Assembly: GCA_963713045.1 (NCBI GenBank)
Contig: CAVQKE010000001.1
Coordinates: forward strand, 576,001-640,000
Source of the DNA: an uncultured delta proteobacterium
GTDB taxonomy: Bacteria; Myxococcota; Myxococcia; Myxococcales; Myxococcaceae
Direction: 5' to 3'
Length of the DNA stretch: 64,000 bases
Below are positions 41,389-50,062 of this stretch, piece by piece. The notes under the pieces are model-generated. The model was not told where the DNA came from. It saw only the letters and a program-made list of their open reading frames with translations, and did not search any database. Made by a program: the position numbers and the translations under genes. Every line of letters begins with the position of its first letter. Positions within the stretch are counted from its first letter, which is position 1.

Positions 41389-42786
41389 GTGGCAAAACAG
41401 CGCACGCACTTCTCCTGTCAGGCCTGCGGCTTTCAAGCGCCGAAGTGGCTCGGCCGGTGCACGGACTGCGGAGGATGGAACACCCTGGTCGAGGAGGCCG
41501 CACCCGCCGCCCACGAACGGGCGGCCTGGGGTGCTTCCGGGGGGGCAACTCGGCCGGTGCGGCTGGTGGACGTGGAGAGCGAGGCCGAGCCCCGGCGCGG
41601 CACCGGGCTGGCCGAGCTGGACCGCGTCCTCGGAGGGGGCGTGGTGCCAGGCTCCCTGGTGTTGCTGGGGGGAGACCCGGGCATTGGGAAGTCCACCCTT
41701 CTGCTGCAGGCAGTGGAGCACCTCGCCGCCAACGGACCGGTCCTCTACGTCTCGGGCGAGGAATCCGTCCGCCAGACCAAGCTGCGAGCCGAACGACTGG
41801 GCGTCCATGCCCCGGCGCTTCATCTCTTTGCGGAAACGGACGCAGACAAGGTGTTGGCTTGCGCGGAGGCCCTCAGGCCCCTGGCCTTGGTGGTGGACTC
41901 CATTCAAACCATGTACCTGGCCGAGCTCGGCAGTGCCCCTGGCACGCTGAGCCAGGTGCGCGAGGTGGCCGGCCGCCTGATGGCCTATGCCAAGCGCTCC
42001 GCCGTCCCGACGTTCCTCATCGGGCACGTCACCAAGGACGGAAGCATCGCTGGGCCGCGGGTGCTGGAGCACATGGTGGACACCGTCCTGTACTTTGAGG
42101 GCGAGCGCGGCCACCCGTTTCGCATCCTCCGGGCTCACAAGAACCGCTTCGGCAGCACCGATGAGATTGGCGTCTTCGAGATGAAGGGCTCGGGCCTCAC
42201 CGAGGTGGCCGACCCCTCGGCGCTCTTCCTCGCGGAAAGGCCCGCTGGGCAAGCCGGCTCCGCGGTGACTGCCACCCTCTCCGGCAGCCGACCCCTGCTG
42301 GTGGAAGTGCAAGCCCTGGTTGCCCTCACCGGCTACGGGACCGCGCGGCGCACCGCGATTGGCGTGGACACCAACCGCGTGGCGCTGCTCGCCGCCGTCC
42401 TGGAGAAGAAAGAAGACGTGCAGCTCACCGGGTGCGACCTCTTCGTCAACGTGGCAGGCGGGTTGACGCTGTCTGAGCCTGCTGCGGATTTGGCGGTCTG
42501 CGCCGCCCTGGTGTCGTCGCTGCGGAACCTCCCCCTCGACGCGCATACCCTGGTGCTGGGCGAGGTGGGGCTGGCCGGGGAAGTGCGCGCCGTCGCTCAG
42601 CCCGAACCTCGTCTCGCAGAAGCCGCCAAACGCGGCTTCACCCGGGTGGTGCTTCCCGCGGCAACGGCCCGACGGCTGGAGACCCGCCGGTTGGAGGTGG
42701 TGGCAGTGGAGACGCTGGGCCAGGCCCTCGAGGCACTCTTCGGCGAGCCAGCCTTGCCGCGCCTCGCGGCGACGTCCCGCGGCTGA
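41389..42786 (+). CDS. radA: DNA repair protein RadA/Sms
   Basis: Zn finger CQACG...CTDCG, GGDPGIGKST, KNRFG and Lon-like C-terminus. Confidence 0.97.
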   Translation: MAKQRTHFSCQACGFQAPKWLGRCTDCGGWNTLVEEAAPAAHERAAWGASGGATRPVRLVDVESEAEPRRGTGLAELDRVLGGGVVPGSLVLLGGDPGIGKSTLLLQAVEHLAANGPVLYVSGEESVRQTKLRAERLGVHAPALHLFAETDADKVLACAEALRPLALVVDSIQTMYLAELGSAPGTLSQVREVAGRLMAYAKRSAVPTFLIGHVTKDGSIAGPRVLEHMVDTVLYFEGERGHPFRILRAHKNRFGSTDEIGVFEMKGSGLTEVADPSALFLAERPAGQAGSAVTATLSGSRPLLVEVQALVALTGYGTARRTAIGVDTNRVALLAAVLEKKEDVQLTGCDLFVNVAGGLTLSEPAADLAVCAALVSSLRNLPLDAHTLVLGEVGLAGEVRAVAQPEPRLAEAAKRGFTRVVLPAATARRLETRRLEVVAVETLGQALEALFGEPALPRLAATSRG

Positions 42787-42898
42787 ACAGCGAGGCCGTC
42801 TGGAGGCGGTGGACGACAACCGGCTCCCGTCGGCTGAGCGGCCTGAGGGGCCGCGGCGGTGAGCATTGAGGACTTCCGGAAGTTAAGAAAGACGTCCC

Positions 42899-43597
42899 AT
42901 GGTCACCATCCGCCGCGCCGAAGACCGAGGCCACGCCCAGCATGGCTGGCTCGACAGCCAGCATACCTTTTCCTTCGCCGACTATTACGACCCGGCGCAG
43001 ATGGGCTTTCGTGCCCTGCGGGTCATCAACGAGGACCGAGTGCAGCCAGGCGCGGGGTTCGGCACGCATTCCCACCGAGACATGGAGATTCTCTCCTACG
43101 TCTTGGAGGGCGGCCTGGCCCACAAGGACTCGCTCGGGACGGGTTCCACCATTCGACCCGGCGACGTCCAGCGGATGAGCGCTGGGACGGGGGTGACGCA
43201 CAGCGAAGTCAACGCCTCGAAAACCGAGCCGGTCCACTTCCTTCAAATTTGGCTCCTCCCGGAGAGCCCGGGCCTAGAGCCCAGCTATGAGCAGAAGCAC
43301 TTCGACCCAAGCTCGCGACAGGGACGGCTGAAGCTGGTCGCCTCGCGGCAAGGCCGCGACGGCAGCCTCACCGTCCACCAGGACGTCGCCATTTACAGTG
43401 GACTCTTCGACTCCGGAGAACGGGCCGAACTGGACCTCGCGACCGGGCGCCACGCCTGGGTGCAGCTGGCGCGCGGGACGGTGAAGCTGAATGGCGAGAC
43501 GCTGCATGCCGGGGACGGCGCTGCGCTGAGCGCGACCGGGCGCCTCAGCCTGGAAGCGCTGCAGCAGGCCGAAGTCCTGGTATTCGACTTGGCTTAG
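42899..43597 (+). CDS. Pirin family protein (YhhW-like)
   Basis: HTFSFADYYDP, INED, HSHRDMEI, MSAGTGVTHSE and LQIW motifs. Confidence 0.95.
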   Translation: MVTIRRAEDRGHAQHGWLDSQHTFSFADYYDPAQMGFRALRVINEDRVQPGAGFGTHSHRDMEILSYVLEGGLAHKDSLGTGSTIRPGDVQRMSAGTGVTHSEVNASKTEPVHFLQIWLLPESPGLEPSYEQKHFDPSSRQGRLKLVASRQGRDGSLTVHQDVAIYSGLFDSGERAELDLATGRHAWVQLARGTVKLNGETLHAGDGAALSATGRLSLEALQQAEVLVFDLA

Positions 43598-44181
43598 CGG
43601 CCCTTTGGGAAGCGCGGTGCCGCCGCCGCAGTCAGACAGGCCTGGGCTTTGTGCAGCAGCCGGCGGAGGCTCGCATCATCGGCCTGCCGCAGCGCCTCTT
43701 CGAAGGTAAACCAGCGGAGGTCGGCGACTTCCGAGGCATCCCCCAACAGCGGGGCGGCACCATCCGCCATGGCGAGAAACCGAACGTCGAGGTGCAGGTG
43801 GGGCGGGGCATTCGGGCGCCCAGGAATCCGGTGGACGTCGACGTCCAGGGGCTCTGGAGCCCCCGGGTGAAGCTGCACTGGAAGGCCCGTCTCCTCACGG
43901 GCTTCGCGCAGCGCGGTCCGGCAAAGGTCTCCAGCGTCCTCGGGCTCGGCGTGGCCGCCGGGCTGCAGCCACCGGCCAAGCTTCCGGTGAAACACCAGCG
44001 CCACGCGGGTTCCGTCCGTCACCAGCGCGCTCCCGGTGAAGTGCGCCTCGGGCTGCTGGCTGGAGAGGGGCTCGGGAAGGCTGGCAGCATAGTCACGCAG
44101 AAGTGCGAGCGCCGCCTCCTCCTGGGCGTCACTCGGCACCACCCGGTCGAGCAACCTCTGAAGCGCCATCGGAATGGCCAT
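43594..44181 (-). CDS. NUDIX hydrolase
   Basis: HFTGSA, HRKLGRWLQPGGH, ALREAREETGL (Nudix box) and HLDVRF. Confidence 0.9.
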   Translation of the reverse strand: MAIPMALQRLLDRVVPSDAQEEAALALLRDYAASLPEPLSSQQPEAHFTGSALVTDGTRVALVFHRKLGRWLQPGGHAEPEDAGDLCRTALREAREETGLPVQLHPGAPEPLDVDVHRIPGRPNAPPHLHLDVRFLAMADGAAPLLGDASEVADLRWFTFEEALRQADDASLRRLLHKAQACLTAAAAPRFPKGR

Positions 44182-44228
44182 GCGTTGGTGGGTGTACACT
44201 CCGGCTCCGTCCGGGAGGAAGCCCACCC

Positions 44229-44693
44229 ATGCCAGTGCTCGTCGCCCTGCTGCTCGCCAGTGCACCGACGTCGGAGGACAAAGCGCTCCGGGTTGAGCTT
44301 CAGGGCGCCTATGACGCCTGCGCGGCCGCTTGCGTCCGCCGGGACGTTCCAGCGGTCATGGCCCTGCTGGCCCCGGACGTCCGTTGGACACTGGTCGATG
44401 GTTCAACGCTGGACCGGGCCGCGGTCGAGAGCGCGGTCCGCGATTTTGTGAAGACGCTCGAGCCGGGCAGCACGGCCAAGTACACGCTTCGCTCCATTCA
44501 GCGCCAGGGGGAGGAAGTCCTGGTGGACGTGCACCTCAGCGTCACCACGGTGCAGCCCGACCCCGACCACCCCGGCAAAGTCGTCAAACACGTGGGCCGC
44601 TCGGGCTGGCACGACGTTTGGGTGAAGGGGCCCTCGGGCTGGCTGGTGAAGTCGGGGGAGGAGTATGAGCTGCCCGCGAAGAAGGCGAGCTGA
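44229..44693 (+). CDS. Secreted NTF2-like (SnoaL/DUF4440) protein
   Basis: Signal peptide, RRDVPAVMALLAPD and WHDVWVK...WLV. Confidence 0.7.
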   Translation: MPVLVALLLASAPTSEDKALRVELQGAYDACAAACVRRDVPAVMALLAPDVRWTLVDGSTLDRAAVESAVRDFVKTLEPGSTAKYTLRSIQRQGEEVLVDVHLSVTTVQPDPDHPGKVVKHVGRSGWHDVWVKGPSGWLVKSGEEYELPAKKAS

Positions 44694-44727
44694 CGGCTGG
44701 GCGCAGGCCGCGCCTTCCCGTTCCCCC

Positions 44728-45720
44728 TCAGTCCTTGCTTCCGGTACGCCCGCGCTTCCAGGCATGAAGGCGCGCGTCGGCCATCGCCAGCCAGTCCTCG
44801 ACCAGGGGGGACTGGGCAACATCGAGCGACACCGCGCCGACGCCCAACGACAGCCGCCAGGCACGCGCCGGACGGGCGTTGAGCAGTGCGACGGCCCGGT
44901 CGAGCCGCTCCAGAATGTCCGGCTGCTGGGCCTCGGCGACCTCGAGCGCTAACACCGCAAATTCATCCCCACCGATGCGGCCCAACAAATCCGTCTCGCG
45001 AAAGGCCACCCGCAGGACGCCCGTGACTTCCTCGAGGGCTTTATCGCCTGCGCTGTGGCCAAAGTGCTGGTTGATGTTCCTCATCCCCTCCACGTCCACG
45101 CAGAAGAGGCTGGCTGCCTGTCGGTCCTGGACGGCCCTCCGCAGCCGGCGGTTGGCTTGGGCGAGGAACCCGCGGCGGTTGGGTAGCCGGGTCAGCTCGT
45201 CCATGAGGCTGACGGTGTGCAACGGCTCCACCTCGCAAGGGGAAGGTGCCGAGGCGCTCACCTCCCGGAGAAGGACGAGCACCCCGTGTGCCCCCGCTTC
45301 ACCGACTGGAAGCAGCTCGCGGCCGAGGACGCGCCCATCGACAAGGCCCAACCGACGGTCCCCTTCCAGAAGGCCCTGGCGCGCGAAGGCAGCCGAATCC
45401 ACAAAGCGGTCGCTGAGCAGCCGGGCGACCGTCGAGCTGGTCTGACCGACCAGCTGCCCAGCCGACGCCACCCCCAGCATCCGGCACAGGGCTTGGTTGA
45501 CGAGGTCCACCCGGCCCTCTCGTCCGACGAAAAGGACGCCTGCCGCGACGCCGTGCAGTAGCGCATCCAGGCGTGCATGGGCGCCGTGGGCCGTTTGCCT
45601 CAGCTGGTCGAGCGCCTCCGGGTCCGGGTGACGGGGACTTGGCACTGCTGGCGCCGACGCCTCGGCGCGCGCCGCACCGGAGGCGGACGAAGTCTTCCTG
45701 GCAGTCCCCATTGCCGACAT
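44728..45720 (-). CDS. PAS-GGDEF diguanylate cyclase
   Basis: PAS-like region (VNQALCRMLG), DELTRLPNRR, GHSAGD, RETD I-site and GRIGGDEF active site. Confidence 0.88.
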   Translation of the reverse strand: MSAMGTARKTSSASGAARAEASAPAVPSPRHPDPEALDQLRQTAHGAHARLDALLHGVAAGVLFVGREGRVDLVNQALCRMLGVASAGQLVGQTSSTVARLLSDRFVDSAAFARQGLLEGDRRLGLVDGRVLGRELLPVGEAGAHGVLVLLREVSASAPSPCEVEPLHTVSLMDELTRLPNRRGFLAQANRRLRRAVQDRQAASLFCVDVEGMRNINQHFGHSAGDKALEEVTGVLRVAFRETDLLGRIGGDEFAVLALEVAEAQQPDILERLDRAVALLNARPARAWRLSLGVGAVSLDVAQSPLVEDWLAMADARLHAWKRGRTGSKD

Positions 45721-45878
45721 GCCAAAGCACACCGCGCGCCAGCCCAACCGGCTGGAGTTTCAGACGGATGGAACGCCGGCGGCCGGGGCCATTCGGTAGC
45801 GGCGGGTCGCCGCGCACCCGCTTCGGGGCCCCCTGTCGGCTCCGCTGGCAGGGCGTCCCCCCGGGTAGCCTAGGGCCC

Positions 45879-46902
45879 ATGCCGATGCAACCTCTGGCTC
45901 TCGTCCTGTTCGCGCTGTCAGCGGCGCCACCGGACGCACCCCCCGCCGCGGCCGCCTTTGCCTCGGTGGACGAGCTTCTGTCCGCCGCGCTGCCGGCGGC
46001 TGGGGGGGGCGTGGTGCGAGTTGCCCAACCGGGCCAGGTCCTTTTCGAGCGCGCCTACGGCGGCTACCGCCTCAGTGACGCGGTCCCGCTTGCCTCCGGC
46101 ACGCAGCTGTTGAGTGCCGTGGTGCTGCTCACGCTGGTGGACGGCCACCAGCTGTCGCTCGACGCCAAAGTGGCGTCGGTGCTGGCGGAGTGGCCGGCGG
46201 ACAAGGCTGCCGTCACGCTGCGGATGCTCCTCGCGCAGACCTCGGGGCTCCCTCCCTCAGCACCCTGCCTCGACCAACGCGACACCACCCTCGCCGCGTG
46301 CGTCCACCAAATCTCAGCGTTGCCCCTGCGCGCGGACCCGGGAACGGCAGTCATTTATGGCGGCACCGGCTTTCAAGTTGCCGGGCGAATGGCGGAGGTG
46401 GCAAGCGGGAAGAGTTGGGCCGAGCTTTTCCGCGAACGCCTCACGCAGCCGCTCGGGCTGCGCATGACCGGTTTTGGACGTACCGCCAATCCCCGGCATC
46501 GCCGGGGGCGCCCAGTCCAGCGCTGATGACTACGGCGCCGTGCTTGACGTCCTCTTACTGGGCGGCGCGCGCCCCGGCGTGCGGCTGCTCTCCGCCGCCT
46601 CGGTGGCGGCGATGTTTGAGGACCAGAGCGGTGGCGCTCCGCTGGTCCTCTCGCCTTACGCGCTTTTCCCCGGACGCGAAGCCAGCCGCCCTGGGCTGGG
46701 ACTGTGGCTGGACCGCATGGACGGGCAGGGCCACGGCGTGGAGGCCGTCTGCCAGGGAATTTTTGGCTTCACCGCTTGGATGGACCGAGAGCGCCGGCTG
46801 GGCGGTGTGCTGTTGGTGCACGGGGACTTGCGACAGATGGTGCCGCTTGAGCAGAAGCTGCGTGCGGCCTTTCGCCAGGCGGTTCCGCCCGTCCCGCGCT
46901 AG
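45879..46902 (+). CDS. Serine hydrolase (class C beta-lactamase-like); +1 frameshift near 46491-46496
   Basis: Signal peptide, LASGTQ (SxxK position), TLRMLLAQTSG and PG...YGG; removing one base gives TANP(R/G)IAGG and joins the 46474-46902 frame. Confidence 0.75.
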
Positions 46903-47222
46903 CTGGAGGCAGAAAGTTCGGCGAGCAAGGCGTCGACTTCCTCGGCCAGCGAGGGATGGTTCTGCTCCAGCGCCCGCGCCCGTGCGCTCTCCCAGGTGAC
47001 CCGCGCGGCTTCAGCCAGCCCATTGCCCCGGAGGGCCTCGCCCAAGCACACCAACGCCGCGGCGTACGTCGGGTCGAGTCGGGTGGCCGCGGTCAAACTG
47101 GCAACCGCGTCGCTGTACCGGCGCTGCTCGAGGAGCAGCTTTCCCAAGGAGAAGTGTCCCATCGGCGACTCCGGGAAGCGTTCCACCAGTTTCCGGAATT
47201 GCGCCTCGCGCTCGGCAGTCAT
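46899..47222 (-). CDS. Small TPR protein
   Basis: 107 aa from ATG 47222; FPESPMGHFSLG and DPTYAAALVCLG TPR motifs. Confidence 0.8.
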   Translation of the reverse strand: MTAEREAQFRKLVERFPESPMGHFSLGKLLLEQRRYSDAVASLTAATRLDPTYAAALVCLGEALRGNGLAEAARVTWESARARALEQNHPSLAEEVDALLAELSASS

Positions 47223-47256
47223 AGTTTGCTGTAGCATCTCACACGCACAGGACTTT

Positions 47257-47697
47257 TTGCCCCCGCCCACCAGACCTCGCAGTGCCGTTGCCCGGAAGGG
47301 CCCCCAGCGCCGAGAGGCGCCGCCGGTGGAGACCCGCCGCCCACCCGCCGAGGATGCCCGGGCGCATGGCTTGGCCCGACGCGCAGCCGAATTGATGGTG
47401 GACAAGAAGGCCTCGGAGGTTGTGCTACTCGACGTGCGCGGGATGACGTCCTATGCGGATTGGTTCGTCCTCAGCTCGGGCGACTCAGAGCGCCAGGTGA
47501 CGGCCACCGCCGAATACCTGCGTGAGAAGCTCCGCGAGGAGGGCTTCCGCATCATCGGCGCTGAGGGCTTTGAGACCGGCCACTGGGTGCTCCTCGACTA
47601 TGGCGAGGTGGTGGTGCACCTGTTCAGCACTGAGGTTCGTGCCTTTTACGACTTGGACGGCCTGTGGGCCGATGCGCCTAAGGAGAAGGTGGCCTGA
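47257..47697 (+). CDS. rsfS: Ribosome silencing factor RsfS (Iojap)
   Basis: [31 protein letters not shown] and [10 protein letters not shown] motifs. Start uncertain (TTG 47257 or GTG 47326). Confidence 0.93.
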   Translation: MPPPTRPRSAVARKGPQRREAPPVETRRPPAEDARAHGLARRAAELMVDKKASEVVLLDVRGMTSYADWFVLSSGDSERQVTATAEYLREKLREEGFRIIGAEGFETGHWVLLDYGEVVVHLFSTEVRAFYDLDGLWADAPKEKVA

Positions 47698-48155
47698 AGG
47701 TCCGAGTGCTGTCGGTGGGCCGCGACCGGTCGGGGTGGTTCGAGCCTGCCGTGCAGGCCTACGCCGCGCGGCTTCAGCACTACACCCGCCTCGAGCTAAC
47801 CGAGCTGCCGGCGTCCTCCGGCAGGCGTCCGGCCGAAGCGTCCCGGGCCAAAGAGGCGGAACGGCTCCTCGCCGCACGGCGGCCCGGGGAGTTGCTGGTG
47901 GCGCTTGACGAAGGGGGCGAGCGGCTGGACAGCCACGGGTTCGCCCGTCTGCTGGGCGACGCCCAAGGGCGCAGTGCTGACTTACTTTTCGTCGTCGGGG
48001 GCGATGATGGACTGGACGCAGCCGTGCGAGCGGCCGCCGTTCGCGTGCTCTCCCTATCCTCGCTGACACTTCCCCACCGCCTCGCACGCCTGGTGCTGGT
48101 GGAGCAGCTGTACCGCGGCTTCACCCTCTTGCGGGGCGAGCCCTACCACCGCTGA
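47694..48155 (+). CDS. rlmH: 23S rRNA (pseudouridine-1915-N3)-methyltransferase RlmH
   Basis: [23 protein letters not shown] and [17 protein letters not shown]; follows rsfS. Probable CTG start overlapping the rsfS stop; alternative GTG 47706. Confidence 0.93.
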   Translation: MKVRVLSVGRDRSGWFEPAVQAYAARLQHYTRLELTELPASSGRRPAEASRAKEAERLLAARRPGELLVALDEGGERLDSHGFARLLGDAQGRSADLLFVVGGDDGLDAAVRAAAVRVLSLSSLTLPHRLARLVLVEQLYRGFTLLRGEPYHR

Positions 48156-48225
48156 GCGGAGCGCCTGAGCGCATCAGCTCCTCTCGCTGCACCGGCCAAG
48201 AAGTTTGGTTAAGTCAGAGGTGACC

Positions 48226-48459
48226 ATGGTGACCATTACCTACTGCAACTCCTGAGGCTACCTTCCCCACGCCACCCGTGCGGCGGCCGCGCTGAAGGAC
48301 GAGCTGGACGTCGAGCCGGTGTTGGTGAAAGGCCACTCCGGCATTTTCGAGGTCGCGGTGGCGGGGAAAGTCGTCGCCTCCAAGGGGCGGCTTGGCTTTC
48401 CCTCGGAGCGAGACATTGTGGATGCCGTGTCCCGGGCTCTGGGCCCGGGCGGCCCGTAG
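48226..48459 (+). CDS. Rdx/SelW-family selenoprotein (CxxU), TGA at 48253-48255 read as Sec
   Basis: Not in the ORF track. GAGG RBS then ATG 48226: MVTITYCNS-U-GYLPHATRAAAALKDELDVEPVLVKGHSGIFEVAVAGKVVASKGRLGFPSERDIVDAVSRALGPGGP, TAG stop. Has Rdx hallmarks (YCxxU.Y, GxFEV, K..GFP); the TGA aligns to Cys of the neighbouring paralogue. Confidence 0.9.
48261..48298 (+). promoter_or_regulatory. Candidate bacterial SECIS element of the Rdx selenoprotein
   Basis: Upper stem GTGCGG/CCGCGC (48278-48292) with loop CGG 28 nt after the UGA; possible lower stem CCTTC/GAAGG. Found by eye, and high GC makes chance hairpins common. Confidence 0.5.
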
Positions 48460-48595
48460 GCCGACCCCTCCCGCACCTGGCGAGGCGCTGTCCGCTCCAG
48501 CCCGGTGCCTCCTTCCCAAGGAGGGGGTGCGGCAGACCCCACTCAATCGCTCTCCTGCGCGGACCGGGGCGCACGCGCTACACGACGCGGCCCCC

Positions 48596-48838
48596 GTGGT
48601 CACCATTTTCTACTGCGTCACTTGCAATTACCTGCCCCAAGCGACGGAAGCCGCCGACGCGCTTCGCGAGGCGCTTGGCATCGAGGCGGTACTGGTGCGT
48701 GGGCACTCCGGTCGCTTCGAGGTGGAAGTGGACGGTAAGCTGGTCCTTGCCAAGGGCAAGGGGTGTTTCCCCACGTCGCGCGACGTGGTCGAGGCCGTGG
48801 CGCGAGTTCTGGGCCGCCTTCAGTCCATTTCGCACTGA
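48596..48838 (+). CDS. Rdx/SelW-family protein, cysteine (CxxC) paralogue
   Basis: GTG 48596: MVTIFYCVTCNYLPQATEAADALREALGIEAVLVRGHSGRFEVEVDGKLVLAKGKGCFPTSRDVV...; ungapped alignment to the upstream Sec gene. Confidence 0.9.
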   Translation: MVTIFYCVTCNYLPQATEAADALREALGIEAVLVRGHSGRFEVEVDGKLVLAKGKGCFPTSRDVVEAVARVLGRLQSISH

Positions 48839-48851
48839 AGGCCGCGGCGCC

Positions 48852-49952
48852 TCAGCCACCGAGTGGGCGCGGCCCAACCGGGCGCGCGGCGAAGCGCATC
48901 TGGCTGTCCAGCGTTCGGTACACCCGGTCCGTCAACGCCGTCAACACGGCCGTCGCGGCGATAACGCAGAGGGTTAGCCCGGCATATCCCCACCAGCCGC
49001 AGCGCTTGCCGAACAGCACGTCCAAGGAGAGACCGCGCACTTGGTAGAAGAGCAGCATCTCGTGAAAGAAGTACGCCGCGAGCGAGGAGGTGCCGAACAG
49101 CTCCACGAAGCGCACCGGCGCTCGGGTGCGCCAAGCTGCCGGCATCCGCGCTTCGAGGGCCAGTAAGCTGAGGAGCAGTAGGCCAACCACCGTCCAGCGC
49201 TGGGCCGAGTTGGATGGGTCCGTCACCCAGAATTCATGAGGCGGGTAGACGCGGAGCCAGACCGGCGTCAATCCCCAGATGAGAAGGCCTGTGCCCACCA
49301 GCCCCAGAAGCAGCCAACGCACCGCGGGCAGCCTTCCCGTCGCCAAAAGGGCGCCCAGTGCCGCCCCGAGAAAGATGTAGCCGGACCACGGGACGAGCGG
49401 GAACACCGTCGCCCAGGGCCCTTCGCGCTTGAGCAGCTGCGTTGCGACACTCCCCTGCACCCCTTCGGCGAACGGAGCCAGGAAGAAGATGGCCAGCGCC
49501 ACCAGACACGACACCACCGCCAGAAGAGAAGGTCGCCGGGCCAGCGCAAACAGCAGCGGGAGTGCCAGAAGAAGCGACAGCCCGATGCATTGAAGAATGT
49601 CGATGCGGGTGAGCCAGCGAGGCTCGACCGAGATGGGAAACCACACCACATTCACCAACGTGGCCACCGCCAGCACTTCACCGATGCGGCGGAGCGTTCG
49701 CCAAAGCCGCGCCGAGCGGCTCGCTCCACCTGCTGCCGCGGCGCGCACCTGGAGTAGCCCGAGCGAAAATCCTGCCGCCAGGATAAAGGACGGAGCCACC
49801 AGTCCGTTCACCCAATTCAGTCGCGCCATGGCACGGGTTTGGTGGAGTTCGGGCTGGAGGAAGACGAGGGCGTGCGTTTCCACCATCACCAGGACCGCCA
49901 GTCCTCGCAGCCAGTCGAAGGCCCTGATGCGTCCGGCGGAGGCGGCAGTCAT
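48852..49952 (-). CDS. Heparan-alpha-glucosaminide N-acetyltransferase-like (DUF1624) membrane protein
   Basis: RIRAFDWLRGLAVLVMVETH, APSFILAAG, DILQCIG, FPLVPW and SLAAYFFH motifs. Confidence 0.8.
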   Translation of the reverse strand: MTAASAGRIRAFDWLRGLAVLVMVETHALVFLQPELHQTRAMARLNWVNGLVAPSFILAAGFSLGLLQVRAAAAGGASRSARLWRTLRRIGEVLAVATLVNVVWFPISVEPRWLTRIDILQCIGLSLLLALPLLFALARRPSLLAVVSCLVALAIFFLAPFAEGVQGSVATQLLKREGPWATVFPLVPWSGYIFLGAALGALLATGRLPAVRWLLLGLVGTGLLIWGLTPVWLRVYPPHEFWVTDPSNSAQRWTVVGLLLLSLLALEARMPAAWRTRAPVRFVELFGTSSLAAYFFHEMLLFYQVRGLSLDVLFGKRCGWWGYAGLTLCVIAATAVLTALTDRVYRTLDSQMRFAARPVGPRPLGG

Positions 49953-50062
49953 TCCAGTGCGAGTCGCCTAGCAGGAGCGTCCGCCAGACGAAAGGCTCAA
50001 GCGACAACCGCTGTCCTTCCTAAGGTGTGGGTGCTGGGGGGTGAGGTTAGAGTAACGCCCCT

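Noticed and set aside
48392..48595. ORF-track N-terminal extension of the Cys Rdx protein (148 aa)
   Set aside because: The TTG 48392 start lies inside the Sec gene, the extension is low-complexity, and alignment to the paralogue puts the start at 48596.
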